Assembly (NCBI GenBank): GCA_048013815.1
Contig: CM106585.1
Location: 2,232,001-2,296,000, forward strand
Direction of reading: 5' to 3'
DNA from: Setoptus koraiensis
Lineage: Eukaryota; Animalia; Arthropoda
DNA: 64,000 nt
This document shows, in pieces, positions 13,701 to 25,310 of the stretch; position 1 is the stretch's first letter; each line of letters starts with the position of its first letter. The notes beneath the pieces were generated by a model. That model worked only from the letters and a program-made list of their open reading frames with translations. It was not told where the DNA came from and did no database searches. Both the position numbers and the translations under genes were made by a program.

Positions 13701-15611
13701 TGGACACATAGCCGAGTAAGCCGAGTAAGCCGAGTAAACCGAGTAAAGAATTCGCAAGGCCAATTTTCGTTTGGCTTGCGTTCAGCGAGCTCAATATCTG
13801 GCCTCGATTTTTGCGCTCAATTAAATCCCACATCACGTCGCTGTATTCTACTTGTTATTGTATTGCATTTGATCTCGATCACGTGAGCGCCCCCACGGAT
13901 TATTCTAAATTCCTTATCATTACCACCCACCGCGTAGCATTTATACAGTGGTAATATCTATATGGTAATAATGACACTATGACTTGGCTATAACTCTATC
14001 ACTTGGTCATTTGGCCCCCACTAGATGGACGAAGACGATGAATTTGATTGGATCACTGCAATTGATTGATTGTAGATTTATGATGAGAGCTGTACCACAA
14101 ATCATTAGCTCAGCGGAGCAGCACTGAACGCACCACAACATCCAATGTATAAGTATTATTATTATTATATTTTATCACTTTTGTGAAAATCATTTAGATT
14201 GGAAAGATGCCTCAGTCACTGAGGCTCAGTGTCAACATTTCATCTGGTGCATTTGCGATCGATCGCGAGTCGCGACATTAAATTCGAAGATTCGATTCTG
14301 AATAAAGATATTGCACGCAAGAATTTACATCTCGTGTGATACAGTGCGTTTCATCGGAGTTGCATCTAGCAGGGTTTCAGAATTGCAATGTGCAATCATC
14401 GAATCATTCGGCTTTGATCAATCTAGACTCTAGATTCTAGACTCTAGATTTTAGAGAGATCATGGATCATTGTGAAAGCTGATGCAGTAACAAGACCTGA
14501 GATGCGACAACTTTTCCTCTGACAATTGTGAGTGCAATGTTGAATTCAGAGTCCATTCAGAGGGTGAATAAAACTAAAACCAGTGATAAAATATACACCA
14601 CTTTCATGGCAATTGAGGTCTTGTTACTGTGAGTCACAATGGTGATCATTCGATCAGCCGACCTAAATACCATCTGATGTGGATAATCCCTTTGGTTTGA
14701 GTTTGAATGAATGGTGTGAGTTGTTTGCTGCAAACAGACAACGTCATCATTCTTAATATTTCTCGGCAGCTTGACAATTGTAACTGAAAATTACCTGTGA
14801 GGTTAGCTTACGAATTTGGGGCCAACGTTTGCTCTTTGTAGCACAAAGTTTATAGTACAAAGTTTGTTGTGACGTCGACAAAAATAGCTGTCTCGTTTGC
14901 AGACTGCAGACTGCAGACGAAACTGCAAACGTCAATTGCTGTTAGGTTGTTGGTGTCCACTCGTGAGGCACTGTTTACATTTCCATTGATCGCTCTCTAA
15001 ATGACCCCAGATTTTCGATAATGCCACTGACTGGGCAAGTGGCATTATCGAATGGCCTGTGTCCAGCAAGCGACCAGGCAGAGCAAGAGAGTCTAGTTAC
15101 GTGTCAAGAGTTGCTAATGGTTGTGGGCCGATTAAGCTTGGCCAAGTTGCAGTAATACATCATCACGGCTGCAAGTTGCAACGTGCTATTCTCGCTGCCA
15201 TTGGCCAGATACTTTATAATATAAGCTGGTGGGATGGCGATATTTCAGTGAGTTGGTTTTGGTATTTAGTAAGTGGTTGTGGTCAAGTTCACGTTACTAT
15301 TTCTATCGTCACGATACGGCCAGTTCAGCGATCCGTACAATCTCTTTTTATCTCGCATACTCAGTACAGCCGACCCCACCAAAGCTCTCCACTCCATTTT
15401 CGCCTGGCCACAGTGGTCTGGCCAAAAAGTGTGCAAAAAGCGAGACTTACTGGCTGTGGCAAGGAACTGTAGTTAGCAAGCTCGCCAATGACCCGATAGA
15501 AAATAAAAATATCACCACAAAATCCACAAGCCATTCTGTGTGTATGAATGGCCTGCTGCATCTTGGCGTCTCAGTGTCTGTTGTTGCTGTTGTTGTTGCT
15601 GTTGTTGTTGC

Positions 15612-15662
<51 letters not shown>

Positions 15663-15979
15663 TGTTGTTGGGTGCAAGTGTGAAACCACTGTTAGTGAAA
15701 AAAAGACGTAAATAAAGGGGCCCCTCAAACAGAGACGCCTGACAGGTATGAGGAGGCGCGCCAATATATCTTGGCATCCTTATGACGTTTGGCTTTGGCC
15801 AGTAGACGCGATCGGCCAATAAACGGGCACGAGCAGAAATAGTTGACCAGTTGGCTTGTCATTCAGGCTCGCTAGGTGTGGTTTATTATAATGCCATTGT
15901 GTTTGTGAGAATTGTGGATGATTGTTGTTAGCGACCGTTGTAATAGGAACACACATGCACCAACCACGACGCTAGTTGC

Positions 15980-16076
<97 letters not shown>

Positions 16077-19000
16077 GGGTCATCACTTTTGGGGTCGCTG
16101 GGCAGCTGTTTTCGGGCTTTTTATCTCGGTCCCGTTATCAACTCAGGCGTGTTTATTTGCTTTATGTTGCTGTCGCAACAGCAACAACGACCGATAATCA
16201 CAACAACAGCAACAGCAGCAGCAACAACAACAACGACGATAGCGGCAACAACAACCACCACCACAACAACAATAGCTCTGTATAACTAAGTACAATATAT
16301 AATGCACGTTTGATGAAAATTGGCCAGTTGTTTGGCCGTTGATAGCGCGCATACAACGCGCATGTAACGCGCGTGTATAACCGAGTTGGGGCGCCAGTGT
16401 TAGAGGCGCCTGAAAAGCACTTGCCAACAGCAAAACGCATGTGATGCGTTCGTGAGAAAACAGCAACATGGCGACTGGCCCCAATCAATTATTATGTGCT
16501 CATATTTTGCACTACACCGCACACCATTGTACTGTTGCACGATTGTATTAGGGCCCCCATGATAAATAGCCAAGGTGAGCTGTTTTGCACCTGGCCACTT
16601 CGATGATTCGCTGGTGTGCACTAGCGGCCATCAAGGGAACCATTGACCAGATTTAGATTTAGTCGGGCCATTTACTGCACACGACCACGGGTTAGGTGGT
16701 TAGTTTAAAACAAGCGAGCACGTGCTCGCATCGATTAATGGGCCGCAAAGAGCAGATTATGAACGAGCAAAACGAAATGAGGCCCAAACTGCTCGCCCAA
16801 TTGGTATTAGACCCAAAATAGGTATTAGATTATTATTCTAATCGCTATTGTTGCTATCATTAGTAACGGACGGATAAGCGGTTATAATTCAAGTGCAACT
16901 ATAACTATACAGTGTAAAAAGTGTTGAATGGCTGAATCTTTGGTCTTGGGCTCTTGCCAACAGTGAACGGTATTGTTGATTGTTGTGCCACCTAAACACG
17001 CGCCAGTTGCATTGAAATATCCGACAAAATTACTCATACTGGCTTTGGGTGCACGCTCAGTCTGACCGATGTGCCAATTGAAATACTCGCAAATATCAGA
17101 TTAAATACTGAACCAACCAAAATTCACATGCGCGTACCCCTTGGCCGTTACACTGTGAGCGGTCATTAGATGATCTGATCGGTCAATGCAGTCAGACACA
17201 CAAACAAGGATATTGAGCACGAGCAATAGTTTTGGCTATTGTCAAATGCTATTGTCGCATAACAGTAAAGATGACGGACCAAATTCACTGTCATATGTCA
17301 CTTGTCACTTTCAGCAAATTGTCACTTTCAGCAAATTGTCACTATTGTCAAATGTACGCTACTGACCGCGCTACAACAACAGCCGGTGTTTTCATGCAAC
17401 AACAGTGCCCATTGACCGCCAATTGGTCGCCAGTTGGTTGCTTTTACCGGTTGGCAAAACACGACAACATCACCAGCGACAACACCACCACAACCACCAG
17501 CAACAACAACGACAGCAACAACAACAATAACACCAATCGTGCATTCAATTTTACTATGCTTATTTTATATGCTTATTCATTGTAGCTCCCATCCATTTCT
17601 TGTTGTATTGGACTTGATGGCTGCTGTTATAAACAGATAGTGACAAAATGCACAAAAACGTGATGCAATCTCATTTAATTTCTAGCAATTTGTCTATAGC
17701 GACAGTATTACTATTTGAGTCTGTATTTGTCTGCACAATCAGGCATAATGTTGCCAACATTTAATCACTCACAACTGGCAAGCTCACTACGCTGCAATCA
17801 GCTGACCAGCGAGACAATAGTTAGTAGTTTGGGGCCTCACTAACTAACTAATTCATTAACTAACTGGCTCATTCAGTTTAATTGGCATCTTTGGTGCCGA
17901 TAATGCGATGATGCATTGGCTCATTGTTTGAATTGTGTATTATAAGTTGGTTGTGTCTATTAGAGATAACTTCCGTTTGATCGAGCAAGATCGCCACTAT
18001 TATTACTAATACTCTTACTACTGTTAGCAATAGTAGCTTACGTTATAATCAACATTGTGTGCATCATCATTTTTAGTTGGGGCCACAATGACGACGACGG
18101 GCCAGTCTAGACAGTCTAGACGATAAAGATAATCAATAATGTCAAACTTCGCAACACGCATCAACATAAAGGATTTGTATATATAAACAAGGCGCTTGTA
18201 TATTGCATATATCGTCTGAATATACATGTGCCATTAGTGGCTATGCACTACACGCAGCTATGTGCTATTTGCAGCTATGGGGGCTCCTTCCGAGAGTTAC
18301 GTAAACATACAGAAAATTGTTTCTCTGGCTTGACAAATTGCCACCGTCTAGTATAGTTGCCTTTCGGCAAAACTTCGTCAAGTGATGAGTAATATAGTGT
18401 GAGTAGTTGCATAAACAGCATATTGTTGTGATTGTGCCATGTCGATAATAGATTGCCTGATAGAGAAAGTTAACAGTTTAGTTTACAGTTTAGTTAAATC
18501 AAACAAATTCTAAGCGATCTATTAGTGAAAAAAAGAAGCCATCATTCTCTTTTTGTCCACATGTATATATCATCGGAATGTGTGACATCTACCAAATGTC
18601 AGCCGAGTGTTGATTAAAAAACACAAACAATTTTAGCTGCCGCTCATAATGAAATTATGCATGACATTGGCCAATGTCATGCATAATATGCATTTTATTT
18701 AACGGTGGAAGCTTGGCATAAAACGAGCCAACAAAAGCGATCGTATGCAATCAGTACGAATGCAATCAAGTCAAACATTTTTGCACACATTTTGGCTATC
18801 CAAACGCTGACAAACTCTCTAAATGACAACTGCACCTTATTTATCTATGTTAGTATGTTATTTATCATCCGCCAATGACAATAAATATTTTGATTTGACA
18901 GATTTGATTTACACGTCTAGAAGAGAATTTGCCAAATCAATTCTATCAATTGTCACTGTACAAAAAGTCCATCTCTGTTGCATCCGTTGCATGCGAACAG

Positions 19001-22000
19001 CAATGCAAATAAATTTTTCCCTCGTGAATCCAATCATCTTAAGTTGTTTCGACTAGGGCTCTAGTTACAGAGTTGCAACTAGCATCTAGTTACTAGAGAC
19101 GCGACTTTTTTACGGCAGTTGTAGTTGCCCATTGCATAGATTGCAGATATTCTATAAGATTACATAATACATGCAGAAGTTAATTGCACATGAAGCTAAA
19201 ATTAAAAATTGACAATTAGATTAAATTGATAATGGTGAGTACAGTTAGCCAGTTTGCGACAAATGTGTGCTCATTGAACTTGACATTAGATGTCTAATTT
19301 CACATTTAATGTTGTGCGATCGGCTCGATTTGCGACGGCTGCTTGTGTTAGCGAATGTTAGTAAGTTATTTGGCGTCAGTTATTTATTTAGTGTCACGAT
19401 CGCAAGTTGAGTCCAATGACAAATTAAATAAATTTTTTAGATCGACACACAAGCGAGCATGACAATTTTCTCACTTCTTCAGTTGGTTGCCTCTGTCTGT
19501 TTGTTGACTGACAAATCGTTGTGAGCCTATTCTTATCTAGTTTTGTTGAAAGTGGTTCAGAGCTGCAACGCGCAATAAATAATGGCCAATATTGCACTTG
19601 AATCTGTTTCATTTGTCAGCATGATATAACTCACTCTTGTTTATTGTTTCAATGGTCTCGCATTGTCTGGTAGTTTTAATCGAATGTTTCAAATAGTTTC
19701 AAATAGTTTCAAATGGTTTCAAATAGTTTCAAATGGTTTCAAATGGCTTGGAATAGTTTGCAAAAGTTTGCAACAGTCTGCAACGGTTTCAAACAGTTTC
19801 GAGCAGTTGGACTGGAAAACGGAAACTAAAGGGTGCACGTAAGATCAGTGCATTCAGTGGCAATAATAAATAGCCGTGAAATATATTGCTGCCATTGCCT
19901 CAGACAGCTCTCTATGCCATAGAGAGTCTATGGCCGGTTGCCATACATCGCGCCATACAATGTAGACAAGAGTAACGTGTTTACATTCGCAGGCCCTCGG
20001 GGCAATTGTGCAACGCTCGCCAAGACACCAGTGAAACGGATATAAATAGATAGCGCGCCGATGGATACATGTGATGGCACATTAATAATCGGTGTGAATT
20101 ATCTGTATTTGTCTTATTGTTAGTCAATATATAAATCTATTGTATTATTGTTGGTCAAAGAGCAACAGCGACGCTCCGGGCCACTGACACTGTAAATGGT
20201 GCGACTTGCAACCAAATCAAGCGTACGTATGTTTTTGATTTCAAATAATACAGCAAGTTCAACCAAGTTATTAGCTATTGATAATCATGACGGAACTAAC
20301 GGTCAGTCTCGTTGTTGCCAATTTTGTTGTTGCCGATCTTGTTGTTGCCGATCTTGTTGTTGGCTTGGTTATAGTTATATTATACAGCGTGTGTATTTTG
20401 CTATCCGCTTATATAATAATTGCGATCTGGTGCAATGGTTGCATCATACATTGCTATTCAGTGCCATTCAGTACCACTGAGCCATTGAGCCATTGAGCCA
20501 TTGAGTCAATGGCATTGACCAACCAATATCGGCGTTGATCGACCAATCAATTCAGCTTGCACTCGCACTAACAAAAAGCCACCAAAGATAAGACGTTATC
20601 GCAAATTGTTAGTTACACACACATTGGTATTGGCACGTGTTTTACATTTACGTAACATACAAACCGTGACGTTCATACCGAAATTGCAAGCAGTTTGTTG
20701 TGCCCATGATACAGACAGAGAGAAAAAAAAATGTTATGTGACTAACAGTTTGTAACACTGTTAGTGTTGCACGATTTAGCAATATTGCACGCGTGGTCAG
20801 TGAGCCTAACTAACAACTAATTGTAAGTGGTTTGACTTGCTTTTTTTAGCTTTCATTAGCCCACAACTCAACAACAACCAGATATGGGTGAGCTGGACAC
20901 CGGAAGTGCCAAATGGTCGCGCACACACGAGAGAGGCGCTATTATCTGTGCACAGTTATATAGCTACTTATTGCACATTGTACTACTGACATTGTGAGTC
21001 AGTAATCGGTTACTGTCACCGCTAGAAACGCCAATAACATTGCCCCAACTACATGCAAAATAAATTGATTTATCAGATTAACAATTGATAGTTAACCAAA
21101 TTGCGTTAACAACGACCAATTGAAAAAGAAAGCTGCTACCCCGAAAAAACAATAGGAATATATCATTTCGTTTGTGTTTCGTTGTGTGGCAAACGTGTGC
21201 CAGTGCAATGTTGCAATGTCGCAATGTCGCATTTTTTAGCTTTTAGTTGCTTGACAGGCTCGATTAACCGTTACGTTGTGTCGGGCCACTGTCAACTGAC
21301 AGTTGTCAGCTGACACATCCATCAGTCAGCTGGACGGTGGCTTGCTTGCTGTGGACAGTGTGAGCCGACAATTGCCCCAGTAAATGAATAAGTGATGACA
21401 GCAAAATAGTAGTATATGTATGGCATGATATTATGCCATAGTACGGGGTATATATGGGCTATGCAAGCAGCATAAAGTAGTATAAGCTCACCTGACATTC
21501 TTGTACGAATGGATGTAAATCTTGTGGAATTGGTCCGTTAAGAGTTTGTTGTGATTCTCCTCCTTGGCTATGTCTGATATGATCTCCAAGGCCACAAATC
21601 GTGGCAACAGCGACAACAGCAGTCGCTCCTAAATTCAACAATGGCACAGGCACGATAAGAAGCCGACAAGAAGACAGATTTGTGTTAGCGAGAACTTGTG
21701 AGAAACTTGCAAAAATTCTGACAAGATAAATGATTTCAAGTGAGTATCATGAACTACAAAAGTGAGTGTATCTCGAGTGTCTCTGCGAATCGTTTCTAGA
21801 TCTGACCATGTAACAGCCACATTAATGAATTTTTGTTCCTTTTCTCCCTCTCCCGCTCGCTCTCCCTTTCGCTCTCCCTTTCCATTAAAGCGGCTCGAAC
21901 AAAAAACTATTTACTATTGCACCGATATCGCGCACTCCAAGTGAGCGAGTTACAACCGAGTTATAACGACGCCTTTCCGTGTATGCTGTCGCTATCAGTG

Positions 22001-25000
22001 ATCGCCACACAAGAGAGGAGAGCGCACAGAAGGAAATTCCATTTCAAAGAAATTCCTTGGAAATTTCCCAAAATGCACATGGCAAATATCGGTTTAAAGT
22101 GAGTGGCTCAGCTAAACTAAATGTTGGACTTGAAGTTGGAAAAATGTCTGAAATGAGTGCTAATGAGTATCGCGTGGCTCTCTGTTTCTGGCACGATAAC
22201 AACAGCCATGACATGAATCGGAAATGCTGCAATCGCTTGCTATTTTGGCGAGCTAATGATAAGCGATTCTGTGAGCCGTGCTGGCCGGCCGGCCGGTGAT
22301 GGCGCATTGAGCTGTTGTGAGCAAAAGCTCACAACTCAATTAAAATTCTGTCAAACTGGTGGCAATTTGGTCGCAAGTGAGCCACGGCTATCTCTATCTC
22401 TTGTCACTGTTGTTGTTGTTGTTTAAATCTAATATCCGCGCCGCCATGTTTGGCCGCTGCGACGGCACCAGATATGATCAGCAATGATTCAATAATAGAC
22501 AGTGCCCATTAGATAGCGATAGACATACTGACATTGCGAGTGCACACCAAAAATTGTAGATACAGCAGGCTGGTCATTAGTTGATAATAATAGATAGATA
22601 AAGCGATAATAATAGCAACCTGCAACCTGGCCCACACCACACACGAGAGCGCGGGCAGGAAGTGAGCTGACGAAATGGGGCCCACGAGGCACACGCCGTA
22701 CGTGGCTCGTAGTTTTGGATGATATGACAGAGATGGCAACGCACACTATAAGCCCGACAACGTTGCAGTTTCAGCTGGCACCAGGTTAATGAGCAATAAT
22801 TTATCCGGCCATTTTACTACACACACACACACACAAACAAATTTGGCAAGCCACATATTGCCAGACTCTCACCGGTGCCTCTCCGTTGTAAGCCTGTAAA
22901 GCTGCCAGATTAAGGTTCGCTTAATCCGCTCATATGTGATATTACTACTGATATTAATGGCTGATTGTTTTGCTTCTACTATTGCCAGTTTTTCATACTG
23001 ATGCTGCTTTTTCATACTGGTGCTGCTTTTTCATACTGGTGCTGCTTTTTCATACTGATGCTGCTGCTGATACAATAGCTTCACAGTATTACAGCTATAC
23101 AGTGAGATAAGCTGAAAAGAAACAGATATCATGTTGTTATATAAATATATGATTATGTCAATGAACTTACACACAATAAGTCACACACCATCACAGTAGC
23201 CCTAACATACAAGCTAAATAAACAAAATATTTGCCATCATGTTGCGCTCGCTTGCTTACCTGTTTGTCGTTTTCGCGTTGTATTTTAGATCTGGTCTCTA
23301 TGGAGCGTCTAGTTTCTAAAAAGGCATTTCGTTGCGCCAAATCTATCAAATACTTGGTATACAAGCTAACCATGTTGATGCAAATATAAATGAGCACCTT
23401 GGACGCAATCTACAATGGTATTTGGGTATTTGTTTTGTTTCAGCAGTTTGTTCGGTATAGTAATAATCAAATTAATATGGAGATTAATATAGATATTAAT
23501 GAATGTGGACATAATGGCACTAGACTAAAGCACACAATACCATGGGTAACAGTATCAGGGTATAAGGAGGGGGTATGAAAGGGCTGCTTTTGGTTGCATA
23601 ATAATTACCTCTCTGATAGACTTTTGGTCGTGCAAATCGAGCTTGGCCGACATGGTAATGATGACATCAAATGAACAGGTGATAACACTACAAATGAAAC
23701 ACCATTGTAGGGCCATCGGCATCATGGCGTAGGTAATAAATACAATTAACAGTGTGTGCCACAATGTAAGCGGTTTGACTGGACTAAAATAGTCGAGGCC
23801 AATCTATGGATGAATAACAGTAACGTAGTATAGACGGATATTCGGTTAGGCTCATCATATCTTGCAAGTATTGTTAGTATTCACTCAATATTCACGCATG
23901 AACATGCGAGTAACCAGTGAATATCGTGAGCTGGATAGTTTGATTTGGGAAGAAATTATATTTATTTCAACAACAACTTACCATGGAGTTTGTTATTTGC
24001 ACCAAAGACGGACATTGGACGCCAGCGAGTCTTGGCGGCTCAATCGCAGAATGATCATGCCAAGACTGTTGATCGGTTATAATATTATCAATGAGCTTAT
24101 CGAAAACAAGTGAGTCATTAGTGTCAATTGTGGCCTGATTATTTGCGCTCTCAAATGCCTGATGAGACGAGTGATATTCGTCGCTGTCGTATATGACATA
24201 AGTCTGTAGATTCATCATGAACCACGTGAATAGGGCACCATGGGCCAGATAATTATTGACAAATGAATGCGAGCACGACACTAATATTACAATTATTATA
24301 TTGGCCACTATCCAGGGACTCAACGATATCAGGTAGCTCGTGGTGAAAGACGATGCACAAAATGGAATGGCGAAGGTTGTGGGCATTCGAAAGCCACTTG
24401 TGGGCTGTGTATCGACGTTGCCAAGATCGACGTTGCCGGCTCGTGATTCATTGGTGCCATAATCATAATCGTGCCCCTGTTGCAACCAATTTTGTTGCCC
24501 ATGATTAGCTAGCAGATTTTGCACATAACGGACACATTGGGCCGTTCTCTTGGCTGGCTCGTCCACTTTGCTTATCTCAACTTGCTCTATTTTATGCAAA
24601 TTGCGAGCCTCCCTTTGAAGAATCCTATTACTATTATGATTGTCATAGTTGGTGCTATTTTGCTGTATGAGCTGCTGAGTGATCAATTTGAAATGATCAT
24701 GGTTATGACGACATTTAATATTAGCCGACTCTTGCTGTTTGGCGGCCCCATTTGGCTCAAGATTAAACAAGCCAGCAAACTGATGTGTCTGCTTTGATTG
24801 AACGTTGCTGTTTGACGACAACGATGATGACTTATCAGATTTAGTGTCCATAGTGAGATGTTTATATTGTTTAGATTGGCGCTTTATCAAATTCGCTTGT
24901 TGTTGTTGCTGCTGCTGACTCGTCACCATTGGATAAGAATTCAACAACATGGCGGATTTCGTAATAGTATCACGTCTCTGTTTGTTGTTGTTGTTGTTGC

Positions 25001-25279
25001 TGTTGCTTGGCGAGCTTGCCGTTGCCAGAGTTGTCATTGAAGACATCGCATAAGCGCCATTCGCAGCACCATCGGGTTTGTTAACATGGGTTTGGCGCCC
25101 ATTTAATTGTTGTGGCTTAATTCTATCACGATCACTATCACTGAGACCATTTGATTTGAGCCAAGTAATGTCACCATTGTCGTCATTGTTGTCGTCATCA
25201 TTGGCAACAACAACATCAGTGGCTGCTGCCGCTGATGATGATTTAATTATTTTTGTGCTTAATGGACCGGAAGTGGCAC

Positions 25280-25310
<31 letters not shown>

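Noticed and set aside
15451-15466. Possible micro-exon (ctacag|16 nt|gtaagt) in cyclase intron 4
   Set aside because: 16 nt would frameshift, and exons 4 and 5 already join in phase within a conserved motif.
15059-16488. Cluster of overlapping 60-160 aa ORFs including poly-Q
   Set aside because: Microsatellite-driven and on both strands, with no family motifs or consistent splice structure.
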